Source of the DNA: an uncultured delta proteobacterium
GTDB taxonomy: Bacteria; Desulfobacterota; Binatia; Binatales; Binataceae
Reading direction: 5' to 3'
NCBI GenBank assembly: GCA_963794325.1
Contig: CAWCDG010000004.1
Span: forward strand, 896,001-960,000
DNA: 64,000 bases
Shown: piece by piece, positions 20,392 through 30,621 of the stretch
How the letters are laid out: each line of letters opens with the position of its first letter
Position numbering within the stretch: position 1 is the first letter of the stretch
The notes under the pieces: model-generated
Told to the model about the DNA's origin: nothing
Database searches by the model: none
Seen by the model: only the letters and a program-made list of their open reading frames with translations
Position numbers and translations under genes: made by a program

Positions 20392-21428
20392 CTACGGAAG
20401 GATCGATACACCCGCCTGTTTGAGCGCGGCGGCGAGGCGTGCAGCCTCGTCGGCTTTGTCATGGTCGTCGCGAATCTGCTCGTAGCGGCTCCAGACTCGC
20501 TGCTTCTCGTATTCGTTGTTCGGGCCGCCGCGATCGAGAATTTCGGTAGCCACGCGCGCGAAATACGCGCCCCAATCCGGCTGCCGACCATCTGAGTCGC
20601 GGAACCCGTACTCTCGCGCGAGCGTCCAACTTGAGCAAACCTTCCCGGCTTTGATCGCGACGTTCGGGTCCGTGGCAAGCGCGACGACGGCGCGCCCGAC
20701 ATAGGCCGGCGTCTCCGACTCGGCAAAATCGGGATTCTTCGCGACCGCGTCGCGCCAGTTTGCTTCGGTCACGCCGAACCCATCGAGCATCGCTTCCGAT
20801 CTGAGGAACCCCGGCGTCAGCGCCAGCGCAACGACGTTGTGTCTGCTAAGCTCGGCGGCCATCGCATACGCGAGCCGGATCGTCGAGATTTTCGCGAGGT
20901 CGTAGAACAGGTTACCGCGATAGTCGAGATGCATCCCGTCGGTGATTTCGATGAGCAGTCCCGATTTCTGCCGCACCATCAGCGGCGCGCCGAAGCGAGC
21001 GGTCAGAATATGCGTTTGTACCGCCAAGCTCCTGCATCTTGAGGCCTTTGGCGAGATCGAGTTTCCAAAATGGCTTGCCCCACTCGCTCAACTCGTCGCC
21101 ACCCCAGATGTCGTTGACTAGAATATCGAGCCGATCGAAATCCCGCTCGACTCGTTCGAACAGCGCGCTGAACCTCGTCCCCAATCGTGTGATCGACTCG
21201 AATCGCGACTCCGACCCCACCCGCCGCAGTGACCAGCTCGGCCGTCTCCTCGATCGTCTCGGGCCTGCCCGCAGTCGCAGGATTCCCGCGCGTGCTGCGC
21301 CCCGTGCAAACAACCGTGGCGCCCGCATCTCCAAGCATCGTGGCGATGCCGCGTCCAGCCCCGCGCGTCGCTCCGGCGACGACCGCGATTTTCCCAGCAA
21401 GCCATTTCTTGGTGTCGGTGGTGCCCAT
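20392..21428 (-). pseudogene. SDR family oxidoreductase with two +1 frameshifts (about 21170 and 21027), possibly sequencing errors
   Basis: GATRGAGRGIA (frame 1), LDILVNDIWGG (frame 2) and YDLAK (frame 3) join into one SDR. Confidence 0.8.
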
Positions 21429-21490
21429 GCGGCGATTCTTAGAATATGCGGAACCGCGGGAGCAACCGCCAACGAAAATGAATCCCGTCG

Positions 21491-21522
21491 AAAAAAAGGC
21501 GGCTCCGATGAACCGCCTCTTT
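21491..21522 (-). terminator. Intrinsic terminator after the acyl-CoA dehydrogenase gene
   Basis: AGGCGG...CCGCCT stem followed by T7 on the minus strand. Confidence 0.7.
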
Positions 21523-21545
21523 GGGTGCACACGATTTCTTGATTC

Positions 21546-22733
21546 TCAGCCCTTGGGCAGTTGAAGGATGCGCTCGCCGATCATATTTTTCTGCACCGGC
21601 GACGTGCCGCCTGCGATCGTCATCGACTCCGAGGCGAGCACTCGGCGCATCCAGTCACCGTCAGGCGCGAACGGCGTGTGGCGCTCGAGCAGCGCGTACT
21701 CGCCAAGCAGGCGCGTGATGAACTTGGTCATCCGCTGGCCCAGGTCAGTCGAGAGCAGCTTGGAGATCGACGCTTCGGGTCCCGGCTGCTGACCCTTGAG
21801 GCGCTTCGACAGACTGCGCAGCCCGTTGTATTTCTTCGCGGTCGCTTCGATTGCGAACTGCGCGATTTGCTGGCGGATGTCGTTGTCCTCGATCGCGGGG
21901 CGTCCGTTCAGCTGCACCGACTTGGCGATCTGGACGAGCTGATGCAGCAACTGTTCGGTGCCGCCGAGCGTCTCGCCGATTCCGAATCGCTCGTGCATCA
22001 GGGTCGAGACGAGGACCTGCCATCCCATATTCATCGGGCCGAGCAGATTTTCCTTGGGCACGCGCACGTCTTCGAAAAAGATTTCGTTGAATTCACTGTC
22101 GCCGGTGATTTGCTTGAGCGGACGGACGGTCACCCCAGGCGCCTTCATATCGACCAGCAACGCGCTCATCCCCTTGTGCTTGGGCACGTCGGGATCGGTG
22201 CGCACGAAAAGCTGCACGAAGTCCGATCGATGCGCGATCGTGGTCCAGACCTTCTGGCCGTTGACGACGAACTCGTCGCCCTTGAGCTCCGCGCGGCACT
22301 GGATCGACGCGAGGTCCGAGCCCGCGCCCGGCTCCGACATCCCCTCGCACCAAATCTCGTCGCCCGCGAGGATCGGATTCAGGTATCGCTTCTTCTGCTC
22401 GTCGGTGCCCCATTGCATGATCGCGGGACCGGTCATGATGACGCCGAGCACGTTGCATCCCATCGGCAGGTTGAGGCGTCCCATTTCCTGCTGAAAGATA
22501 ACCTGCTCGATGAACGTGGCGCCGCGGCCGCCGTATTCCTTCGGCCAGGTCAGACCCGCCCATCCGGCGTGATAAAGCTTTTTGTGCCACGCCTTCAGGC
22601 GCTCCCAGGCACCATCGTCGCCACCGGCCTCGGGATCGTCGCCTCGCGCGAGAGATTGCGGACGATTGGCCTCGAGCCATTTCCGCACGTCCATCCGATA
22701 GGCGTCTTGCTCAGCGCTCCACGTAAAATCCAT
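21546..22733 (-). CDS. Acyl-CoA dehydrogenase
   Basis: SEPGAGSDLAS, NGQKVWT, FNEIFFEDV, TIAGGTS. Confidence 0.93.
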   Translation of the reverse strand: MDFTWSAEQDAYRMDVRKWLEANRPQSLARGDDPEAGGDDGAWERLKAWHKKLYHAGWAGLTWPKEYGGRGATFIEQVIFQQEMGRLNLPMGCNVLGVIMTGPAIMQWGTDEQKKRYLNPILAGDEIWCEGMSEPGAGSDLASIQCRAELKGDEFVVNGQKVWTTIAHRSDFVQLFVRTDPDVPKHKGMSALLVDMKAPGVTVRPLKQITGDSEFNEIFFEDVRVPKENLLGPMNMGWQVLVSTLMHERFGIGETLGGTEQLLHQLVQIAKSVQLNGRPAIEDNDIRQQIAQFAIEATAKKYNGLRSLSKRLKGQQPGPEASISKLLSTDLGQRMTKFITRLLGEYALLERHTPFAPDGDWMRRVLASESMTIAGGTSPVQKNMIGERILQLPKG

Positions 22734-22857
22734 CTTTTTTAGAACTCCTCTATCAGTACTCGGAGCATCGCGCCCCGTCACGTCAAGGCGATCGATGCGG
22801 TAGCATCTCTTGAGTACCGCCCATTCGGACCACGGGGCAAGAGCCGCGCGATACCGT

Positions 22858-23307
22858 TCAGTTGCCGCGTTCTGGCGGGGCGCCCTCGGGCGCGAACTCG
22901 ACCTTTTGACCCGCGAAGATTGCCTCGAACGACAGTTGGGCCGTCGAAGTGCCGGCGGTCACCACGATTCCGTATGTGCCCGGATGCGGCAGCGACATAT
23001 TGATGTTGATCGCGACGGGAATTTTCACCGACGCCGTTTTGGGAACGTCGGGAGCGGGCTGCCCGGTTTCGACCTGGCCTTTCATTTCGGGGACAATCGG
23101 AACTCCGCTCTCGTCGGCAATCGCAACGTTCAGCGGATACTTCATCCCGACTTCATTGGTGTTGAACCCAAGGCCGATCGCGACCGCAAATTGAACCGGC
23201 GCCGGATAGCTCGCCGACCGAAACAGGTTCCATCCGCCGCCCAGCACAAAAACTTTACCGCCAACCGCCTGGGCCGCATCGGCCAGCAAAGCGAATTCGA
23301 TTTTCAT
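22858..23307 (-). CDS. Hypothetical beta-sandwich protein (DUF6941-like)
   Basis: ALLADAAQ..GGK..VLGGGW N-terminus and PGTY motif. Confidence 0.6.
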   Translation of the reverse strand: MKIEFALLADAAQAVGGKVFVLGGGWNLFRSASYPAPVQFAVAIGLGFNTNEVGMKYPLNVAIADESGVPIVPEMKGQVETGQPAPDVPKTASVKIPVAININMSLPHPGTYGIVVTAGTSTAQLSFEAIFAGQKVEFAPEGAPPERGN

Positions 23308-23361
23308 ATTTTTTTACCCTCTATGCGCGAGCTTCATAGCAATACGCCGACGTAGCCGGTG

Positions 23362-24672
23362 TCAACTGGCCGCATGCGCCAGCTCTGATTCGGCGGCGGA
23401 CTGCGCGTTAAGGATGCGGACGATATTCTGCGCCATGAAGCTGCCCAGCAGCTTCTCGCGCGCGGTGGGATCGAGCTTGCGCGCCTGACGACTGACCTCG
23501 GCGCATCGCTCAAGCATCGCCGCCTCGAGCTGTCGGAAATGCTTCCATGCGATAGGCGCCATTCGCTCCGGCGCAATAGCGACAAGGTCCTGAATTTTTC
23601 TGAATCGCCACCATGGCGAATCCGCGGAAGGTTTCTCGCCGCCGGCAGCGAGAACCGGCGGCAGCGTCCCGCCCACGAATAGTGGAAACGCGATCGAAGT
23701 GCACGGCGCCGCGAGCGACGCCCACATCACCGGCAGCATGTCGGCATCGGGCGCATGCAGCTCCGCGACCATGCTCGCCGTCGTGCCGGAGATCGAGCCG
23801 TGCATGCATAACGTCGGAGAGTCGTCGCGCGTCTTTGGATCTCCAGTGGGAGGCATCTCGCCGCGCCCGCCGTGATCGCGCAGTATCGCGAGCATCTCGC
23901 GAATAGTGCGGCGGCCGTTTCGCGCAACGAGTTCCCGGCTACGCGCCAGGCGCCCACGCGCATGCAGCGGATCGCTCTTGTCCTTGCCCGCATTGCGGCT
24001 CGAATACGCAGCCGCAAAGTCAAACGGCGATTCACCGTCGCACCATCCTCGAGCATGCGCAAAGCTCTCGACGTCAGGCGAACCGAGCCTGCCGCCCGCG
24101 ATCGTCAATCGATTCGAGATGCACGCGCGCTCCTCGACGCGTCGCGCGATCCATTGACGTCCCGAGCTTTCGAGCACGTACGCATCGGCATGATCGGCAA
24201 CGATGAATCCGCCGCAATAGCGAAAATCAACGTCGTACTGCCCGGAACCGCCCTGCCCGTAACGCTCGATCATCTCGCCGATAATTTCGGTCGCCTCGCG
24301 CGCAGTTTTCGACCGCTCGAGTCCGAGCCGCACCAGATCCATCCCGAGCAATCCCGTCGCCGGGAGCGTCTCGCGCGTGAGCACCGCTTCGTTGCCGATC
24401 GCTACGCCGTACTCGTTGAGACCATGCTCGAAACCCCACAGCCAGAATGGACGCGATCCAATCACCGCGGCGGTCTCGTCAACTTGCGGTATCTCCAGGT
24501 ACTGGCAGTGCACCGTCGCGCCCTTCGGATGGACGCGATGCGCCAACTGGGCGAGCTGCTGGCATTCGTAGGGCGAGCGGTCGGAGTTCTTGGCAAGGAT
24601 GGTCGCGCCGTTGCGCGTATGCGGCGCGAGCACGACCATGGTATCGCAGGAAGGGAGTGGGGAGACAGTCAT
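23362..24672 (-). CDS. Peptidase C69/secernin-like Ntn hydrolase
   Basis: SCDT nucleophile, AKNSDR, GLNEYGVAIGNE, LLGMDLVRLGLER. Confidence 0.88.
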   Translation of the reverse strand: MTVSPLPSCDTMVVLAPHTRNGATILAKNSDRSPYECQQLAQLAHRVHPKGATVHCQYLEIPQVDETAAVIGSRPFWLWGFEHGLNEYGVAIGNEAVLTRETLPATGLLGMDLVRLGLERSKTAREATEIIGEMIERYGQGGSGQYDVDFRYCGGFIVADHADAYVLESSGRQWIARRVEERACISNRLTIAGGRLGSPDVESFAHARGWCDGESPFDFAAAYSSRNAGKDKSDPLHARGRLARSRELVARNGRRTIREMLAILRDHGGRGEMPPTGDPKTRDDSPTLCMHGSISGTTASMVAELHAPDADMLPVMWASLAAPCTSIAFPLFVGGTLPPVLAAGGEKPSADSPWWRFRKIQDLVAIAPERMAPIAWKHFRQLEAAMLERCAEVSRQARKLDPTAREKLLGSFMAQNIVRILNAQSAAESELAHAAS

Positions 24673-24730
24673 AAAGGAACTTGATTGTATGTGAAACCCG
24701 CGGTGGGTTTCATCTTTCACTGCTTCCTTC

Positions 24731-24755
24731 GGCAGGGGTGACCCCTGCACCCAGT
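24731..24755 (+). repeat. Family F hairpin repeat, copy 2
   Basis: GGCAGGGGTGACCCCTGCACCCAGT. Confidence 0.55.
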
Positions 24756-24811
24756 GAAAAACGCTAATCGCGAAATGTTGAGGACAACCTTTCGCTCTCA
24801 GTGGCGGGATT

Positions 24812-24893
24812 TTGGTGGCACAGGCTTTAGCCTGTGATTCTTTCCTGGATTTGCGTGGACCAGAAAATCACAGGCTAAAGCCTGTGCCACCAA
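24812..24893. repeat. Family C REP-like doublet (GTGG + palindrome)
   Basis: Perfect 28-bp inverted repeat TTGGTGGCACAGGCTTTAGCCTGTGATT at 24812-24839 and 24866-24893. Confidence 0.9.
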
Positions 24894-24969
24894 TTCCAGC
24901 GGCTGGCCGCATCGCGGCCAGCGGTGAGGGTTCTGCGGTTCAAGATGAAAGTTGTGCTAAACCACCTCG

Positions 24970-25698
24970 ATGCTGCGTAGTAGCCCATTCTCATACGTCT
25001 GCAATGCTTGCGGGCGTTGTTGCCACAACAAAGTAATCACGCTGTCGCCGTATGACCTGTTGCAGCTGGCGCGAGCGGCGGGAATTTCGACGCGGGAGGC
25101 GATCGATCGTTTTACGATTCGGCGAGGATCGATTCTCAATTTCACCGATGACGGCGCTTGCGTAGCGCTCGAAGGTACGCGCTGCGGGGTCCATCGCGGA
25201 CGCCCGCTCGCTTGCAGATTCTATCCGCTTGGAATCGAACGCATCGAAGATTCGGGTGGTGAGAAATTCGTGATGCTCGAACCTGCGGTAGGATCGCTTG
25301 GCGCTTATAGCGTCGATGGCGATGTCGATCACTTCCTCGCGGCGCAGGGCGTTGGCGAATATCTCGCCGCGAATGCGCGCTATGCATCGTTGCTCGCACC
25401 CTTTCGCGAGCGTGTCGCGGCGACCGTCGATTTCGATCGGGTCGAGCCGCGCGAGTTCTGGCGTCGCGCCGTGCGCGAAGCGCTTGCCGAGTCGAACTAC
25501 GACGCAAATCCTCTGATTGACGCGATGTTCGATGCAAGCGCAATCGTTTTCGTTGGCATCGACAATGCCGAGATCGTCGAGGCGCAGGTTGAACGGCTCG
25601 CGCAGATGATTCGCCGCGAATCGAATGCCGAGACGCTCGCGGCGGCCGCGGTGATGCTCGCTGTTAGTTTGGGGTACTCGCCGCGCGAAGTGCAGTGA
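24970..25698 (+). CDS. YkgJ family cysteine-cluster protein
   Basis: CNACGRCC...C...CGVHRGRPLACRFYP. Confidence 0.85.
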   Translation: MLRSSPFSYVCNACGRCCHNKVITLSPYDLLQLARAAGISTREAIDRFTIRRGSILNFTDDGACVALEGTRCGVHRGRPLACRFYPLGIERIEDSGGEKFVMLEPAVGSLGAYSVDGDVDHFLAAQGVGEYLAANARYASLLAPFRERVAATVDFDRVEPREFWRRAVREALAESNYDANPLIDAMFDASAIVFVGIDNAEIVEAQVERLAQMIRRESNAETLAAAAVMLAVSLGYSPREVQ

Positions 25699-25705
25699 AC
25701 TTCGG

Positions 25706-26296
25706 CTAGTTCGCGGCCGGAGTCGCGGGAGCGGCTGGCGCCGCAGGGGCGGCGTTGGCCACGCCGAGATCGTTCAGGATTTCTATCGCATGGGTGGATG
25801 GATCGACGTTCGGATAGACTTTGATGATCTTGCCGTTCTCGTCGATGACGTAGGTGATTCGGCGATCGAGTCCCAGGATTGGAATACCGTTCGCGGCGCC
25901 GTAGGCCTTTGCGATCTTCTTGTCGGGATCGAGCAGCAGCGGGAACGGCAGACTGTTTTTGCGGATGAAATCCTTGTGCGCGTCGGCCGAATCGACGCTG
26001 CATCCGAGCACTACCAGGCCGGCATTCGTGAAGCGTGAGTAGCCGTCGCGAAACGCGCACGCCTCTTTGGTGCATCCCGAGGTCTCATCCTTGGGATAGA
26101 AATAGAGGACGACCTTTTTGCTGTGGAAGTCGGCGAGTGACATCGGAGCTTCCTGCTCGCCGGTGATCATTTGAGTGCTGAACGGCGGCGCGATCTGTCC
26201 TTCCTTGAGGAGCTCGGCGCGCGCGAGTCGCGGGCCTATCGCGACTGCGAGCATGATAACTGCGATGGCGATTAATCCGATGCTGAGCATTTTCAT
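25706..26296 (-). CDS. bcp: Peroxiredoxin (BCP/PrxQ) with signal peptide
   Basis: YFYPKDETSGCTKEAC motif. Confidence 0.88.
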   Translation of the reverse strand: MKMLSIGLIAIAVIMLAVAIGPRLARAELLKEGQIAPPFSTQMITGEQEAPMSLADFHSKKVVLYFYPKDETSGCTKEACAFRDGYSRFTNAGLVVLGCSVDSADAHKDFIRKNSLPFPLLLDPDKKIAKAYGAANGIPILGLDRRITYVIDENGKIIKVYPNVDPSTHAIEILNDLGVANAAPAAPAAPATPAAN

Positions 26297-26350
26297 TTTG
26301 GGTCTCCCCGTTCCGGGGTTAACTGCGGGCGCATTGTGAAAGTTCCCGGC

Positions 26351-26395
26351 AACCTAACCCCTAACCCCTTCCCTCGAGGGAAGGGGAACAATCGC
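26351..26395 (-). repeat. Family A element, solo copy
   Basis: AACCTAACCCCTAACCCCTTCCCTCGAGGGAAGGGGAACAATCGC, 45 bp identical to the DUF559 flanks. Confidence 0.95.
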
Positions 26396-26406
26396 AGGAA
26401 GAGAGA

Positions 26407-27333
26407 TCAGATGTAGTACAGCCAGTCGCGGTAGCGCGGCTCGCGGCCGTGCAGGGTTGCCTGGAAGACTTGCTGTACTTTGGCCGTGATTTGGCCGGGC
26501 TTTCCCGCACCTATCTTGCGATCGTCCAGCTCTACGACCGGGGTTACTTCGGCGGCGGTGCCGGTCATGAAAGCTTCGTCGGCGATGTAGAATGCGTCGC
26601 GGGCGAAATATTCCTCGCGCACCTCGACCGCATTGTCGCGCAGAATCCTGATAACCGCGTCGCGGGTGATTCCCGCCAGCACCGACGTGAGCGGCGGCGT
26701 CCGCACGACTCCGTCGCGCACCACGAACACGTTCTCGCCGCTGCCCTCGGCGACGAAGCCCTCGGTGTTGAGCAGGAGCGCCTCGTCGTAACCGTTGCGG
26801 CGAGCCTCGTAGCCGGCGAGGATCGAGTTGACGTAGTGACCGGTGGCCTTCGCCGCCGGCATCATCGAGTTGTGGTGGAATCTCACGAACGATGAGGTCT
26901 TGAGTCGCACGCCCTTATCCACGCCGTCCTGGCCCAGGTACGCGCCCCACGGCCATGCGGCGATCGACACTCGAATCTTGTTGCCGCGCGCCGACAGTCC
27001 CATCTCACCTTCGCCGAAAAACACCAGCGGCCGGATATAGCATTCAGCGAACTTGTTGATCCGCACGACGTCGGCGCAGGCCTTGAGCAACTCCTCCTGG
27101 CTGTACGGGACTTCCATTTCGACGATGTGGCCGGACTCGACCAGGCGGCGGATATGTTCGCGGGCGCGGAAGATTGCGGAGCGGCCGTCGTCGCTCTTGT
27201 AGCATCGCATCCCTTCGAAAACCGCGAGGCCGTAGTGCAGGCTGTGCGTGAGGACGTGAACGGTGGCCTCGTCAAACGGGACCATCGCGCCGTCCATCCA
27301 GATTCGATCTGAGCGGAGATTGTTCGTCGGCAT
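26407..27333 (-). CDS. ilvE: Branched-chain amino acid aminotransferase
   Basis: HSLHYG..VFEG, AKATGHY, EGSGEN, LAGITR, TGTAAE. Confidence 0.95.
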   Translation of the reverse strand: MPTNNLRSDRIWMDGAMVPFDEATVHVLTHSLHYGLAVFEGMRCYKSDDGRSAIFRAREHIRRLVESGHIVEMEVPYSQEELLKACADVVRINKFAECYIRPLVFFGEGEMGLSARGNKIRVSIAAWPWGAYLGQDGVDKGVRLKTSSFVRFHHNSMMPAAKATGHYVNSILAGYEARRNGYDEALLLNTEGFVAEGSGENVFVVRDGVVRTPPLTSVLAGITRDAVIRILRDNAVEVREEYFARDAFYIADEAFMTGTAAEVTPVVELDDRKIGAGKPGQITAKVQQVFQATLHGREPRYRDWLYYI

Positions 27334-27428
27334 TGTGGAGTCAAAATTAGTCGAAGGTGAGTGGTTAGTCGATGGGGCCTGGGGGAAGGGTATTGTCCTG
27401 TTTTCAGGTTTTTGTTTCAGGTCTTTAT

Positions 27429-27549
27429 AGTGGGGCGGGCCGCCGTGCCCGCCATCGACGCGCGGGCGTCCGCGCCAACGCCTACCGACGAACTGGATGT
27501 GGCCGCCACCTTGAGGAGGCGGCCCCCGGGCACGGCGGCCCGCCCCACT
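27429..27549. repeat. Family D REP-like doublet (GTGG + palindrome)
   Basis: Perfect 23-bp inverted repeat AGTGGGGCGGGCCGCCGTGCCCG at 27429-27451 and 27527-27549. Confidence 0.88.
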
Positions 27550-27564
27550 GAAACCAGGACATAT

Positions 27565-28944
27565 CTAGTCGCGGCGCGTCGGGTCCGGCGACGGAGGGGA
27601 GGCGTCGGCGCCATTCAGGTCGCCGGATGGCGCGCCGTTGCTCGCGGCGCCACCGTGGCGCGAGCGGCGGCGACGCCGGCGGCGGCGACGCTTTCCGGAA
27701 GGTGCTCCCGGATTTGCGGGATCGGTATTGTGGCTCAAAGCGGGGCGATTTTCGCTGAAGCTGTCGGGATCGGTGAGGAGGCGAATGGTCCGGGTCGAAT
27801 CGATCGAGTAAGTCGGCGCGGTCATTTCGAAAAACAACCGCGCATCGGGAAAATACGGCCGGCGCATCAAGCGCCGCGTGCGCCGCGTGGGCGACGCGAG
27901 ATTCTGGAAGGCCTCGAGGATGAGCCGCATCTGCTCGGTGTCGCCGCGCGCGAAGCCGCGTGCGCGAAGCGCACCGAGGATATCGATGCGGCGCGGATCG
28001 CCGCGCTCGAGGCGATGCTCGTCGCGATATAGATCGAGCATCAGCGCCGCGAGCACGATCGAATGGTCGGGCGCAAACCCGCTTGCGATCGCGCGGCCGA
28101 GCGCCGCCATGTTGCGCACGGCCGGCTGCTCGGCGATCGTCGCGTCGCGCGATTTCAGATGAGCCGCGAGAATCGGGATCACGTATTCCAGCAGTCCGAG
28201 CTCTTCCATCAGGACCAGCGCGTGCGCTGCTTCGGGCTGGCCGAGTGTCTTGTAGGTCTCGTCGACCAGGCGCGGCACACTGGCCTTGGCGAGATCCGCG
28301 CGATGGCGCTCGATCGCGGCGTGTGTCGAAGGTTCGATTTCGAAGCCGAGCTTGGCGGCGAATCGCACCGCGCGCATCATGCGGACCGGATCCTCGCGCA
28401 TCCGCAACTCGGGATCGCCGATAGTGCGAATCAGCCGCGCCTCGAGATCGTCAACTCCTCCGGGAAAATCGATCACATTGAAAGTTTGCGGGCTGTAGAA
28501 CAGCGCGTTGACCGTGAAGTCGCGGCGGAACGCATCTTCCTCAGGCGTTCCGAACGTGTTGTCTAGACGGATCAGCGGATCGTCGATATCGGCGACCGCC
28601 TCGGCCTGCTTGCGGAAGGTCGCAACCTCGACGTTCTGGCGCCCAAAGAAAACGTGCACCAGGCGGAAGCGCCGCCCGATCATGCGCGAGTTACGGAACA
28701 GGTCACGCACCTGCTGCGGATGCGCCGAAGTGGCGACGTCGAAATCCTTGGGCTTGCGCGAGAGCATCAGATCGCGCACCCCGCCGCCGACCAGGTACGC
28801 CTCGTGGCCGGCGCCCGCCAGGCGATACAGAACCTTGAGCACGTTCGCGTCGATATCGCGCCGCGAGATGGGATGTTCGGCGCGCGGTAGTATACGGGGT
28901 TCCACTTGCCTTGCCTTGGCCCGAAATTCGTCCAAACCTATCAC
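27565..28944 (-). CDS. pcnB: Poly(A) polymerase I
   Basis: VGGGVRD, PKDFD, PAP-specific MIGRRFRLVHV, RRDFTVN, EDPVRM; Arg-rich tail. Confidence 0.9.
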   Translation of the reverse strand: MIGLDEFRAKARQVEPRILPRAEHPISRRDIDANVLKVLYRLAGAGHEAYLVGGGVRDLMLSRKPKDFDVATSAHPQQVRDLFRNSRMIGRRFRLVHVFFGRQNVEVATFRKQAEAVADIDDPLIRLDNTFGTPEEDAFRRDFTVNALFYSPQTFNVIDFPGGVDDLEARLIRTIGDPELRMREDPVRMMRAVRFAAKLGFEIEPSTHAAIERHRADLAKASVPRLVDETYKTLGQPEAAHALVLMEELGLLEYVIPILAAHLKSRDATIAEQPAVRNMAALGRAIASGFAPDHSIVLAALMLDLYRDEHRLERGDPRRIDILGALRARGFARGDTEQMRLILEAFQNLASPTRRTRRLMRRPYFPDARLFFEMTAPTYSIDSTRTIRLLTDPDSFSENRPALSHNTDPANPGAPSGKRRRRRRRRRSRHGGAASNGAPSGDLNGADASPPSPDPTRRD

Positions 28945-29091
28945 GATGGCGCGCAGTCTTCATCGGGCTGTGCACGGACGGTGGTCAGAGCATCGCGGAT
29001 AACGATCGAGGGTCGCGCTCCCGATCTAACCATCCAGCTCAATTTTATCAGCCTCATTTTTTTTCGTTGACAAGAGCGAAATTCGGTCAGA

Positions 29092-29106
29092 CGATAATAA
29101 CTATCA
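29092..29106. promoter_or_regulatory. Fur-family box-like site upstream of the di-heme cluster
   Basis: cGATAATaAcTATCA matches the 7-1-7 consensus TGATAATnATTATCA at 12/14; TTGACA at 29067. Confidence 0.5.
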
Positions 29107-29281
29107 TTTGGGTTATGGAACTATTGCCGCTGATAAATCCGCTGCACTGCGCCCCGCTACCGCGCAGCGTCTACCTGGTTTCGCCGGGCGGCTTGACAAA
29201 AATGCTGCGCGTCAACTATCTGGAAGACGACGGCGCGCGGAGCATATCGCTCCGCCCCTCGGGCCACCGGAGACCGTCACG

Positions 29282-30592
29282 ATGAAGCCCGCACGCACCT
29301 CGTTCTTCATCTTCGTTTTCGTTGCCGCCGCAGCGATCGTTGCCTTGTTCGGTCTGGCTGCTGCTCAAGGACCGGGCCCGCTCGCCGATCCCAAGTCCGA
29401 AAATCAAGCGGGCTTCCCCGCCACTCTCTATTCGTGGGTGATTCCGCCCGACAATCAGCAAACCCCTGCGAAGATTGCGCTCGGCAAGGCGCTGTTTTTT
29501 GAAGACGCGCTGTCCGCGGACGGCAAGGTTTCGTGCGATCACTGTCACTCGCCGGCCAAGGGCTTCACCGATCAGCTGCCGACCTCGATGGGTATCCATG
29601 CGCAGTTCGGCCAGCGCAACGCGCCAACGATCCTCAACGCGCTGTTCAACGTCACGCAGTTCTGGGACGGACGCTCGCCGACGCTCGAGGCGCAGGTCGA
29701 AGGGCCGGTCACCAATCCGGTCGAGATGGGCATGAAATCGACCGACGACGCGGTGACCGTGATCAAGGCGATTCCCCAATATCAGAAACAATTCCAGGAA
29801 GTGTTCGGGCACGAGGTCAATTTCGCTGACATGGAGCGCGCGATCGCCGCGTACGAGCGCACGCAACTCGCGTTCGACTCGCCGTTCGATAAATTTATCA
29901 ACGGCGACCAGAACGCGATCGACGACTCGGCCAAGCGCGGCTGGGCGATCTTCAACGGCAAAGGCCGCTGCATGTCGTGCCACGGATGGAACCCGACGCA
30001 GCCGCTGTTCACCGATCAGAAGTTCCACAATATCGGCGTATCTGCCCATAAGGCGGACTTCGTGCCGCTCGCGCGCAAGGCGCTGGTCGTGTTGGGCCAG
30101 AGCGGCAGTGGCTCCATTCAGATCGACAAGCTCGCGATCGGCACCGACATGAGCGGACTTGGCCGTTTCCTCGTAACCAAGCAGCCGCACGATATCGGCA
30201 GCTTCCGCACGATGAGCCTGCGCAACCTGCTGGTGACCGAGCCCTACTTCCACGACGGCTCGCAGGCGACGCTCTGGGACACGATCGATCATTACAACAA
30301 GGGTGGCGTGCAGAACCCGTATCTCGACGGTGGGATCGTTCCGCTTGGCCTCACCGAGGCTGAAGAGGACGACCTGGTCGCATTCCTCGCCAGCCTTACC
30401 AGTCCCGAATACGCCGACGCGGCGAAGCAGGAGTACGACCTCCAGTTCAAACGCTCGCGTACCGATCGGCCGCAGCGCGACGAGGCTGCCGCCAATGGCG
30501 ATAAAGGCCGCGGACCGGGATTGGCGGGACCTTTCGGCGATATCGGACCGCTGCAAACCCTGGAGAATCCGGCGCAGCTCGGCGGCGACTAA
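29282..30592 (+). CDS. Di-heme cytochrome c peroxidase/MauG superfamily protein
   Basis: Signal peptide, CDHCH and CMSCH, RNAPT, QFWDGR, NPVEMG, TEPYFHDGS. Confidence 0.9.
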   Translation: MKPARTSFFIFVFVAAAAIVALFGLAAAQGPGPLADPKSENQAGFPATLYSWVIPPDNQQTPAKIALGKALFFEDALSADGKVSCDHCHSPAKGFTDQLPTSMGIHAQFGQRNAPTILNALFNVTQFWDGRSPTLEAQVEGPVTNPVEMGMKSTDDAVTVIKAIPQYQKQFQEVFGHEVNFADMERAIAAYERTQLAFDSPFDKFINGDQNAIDDSAKRGWAIFNGKGRCMSCHGWNPTQPLFTDQKFHNIGVSAHKADFVPLARKALVVLGQSGSGSIQIDKLAIGTDMSGLGRFLVTKQPHDIGSFRTMSLRNLLVTEPYFHDGSQATLWDTIDHYNKGGVQNPYLDGGIVPLGLTEAEEDDLVAFLASLTSPEYADAAKQEYDLQFKRSRTDRPQRDEAAANGDKGRGPGLAGPFGDIGPLQTLENPAQLGGD

Positions 30593-30621
30593 CTTGAGCA
30601 AAGAAAAAAGGCAGGCAGGCG

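Noticed and set aside
26351-26395. True telomere or eukaryotic contamination (CCCTAA-like)
   Set aside because: Only two units, embedded in a hairpin element between bacterial genes
27361-28032. 223-aa plus-strand ORF
   Set aside because: Spans a REP doublet and the antisense of pcnB; low-complexity product
29216-30601. Long antisense ORF (also 12222-13514, 21561-22742, 38699-40171, 51735-53078)
   Set aside because: Shadow frames of real high-GC genes with no recognisable motifs
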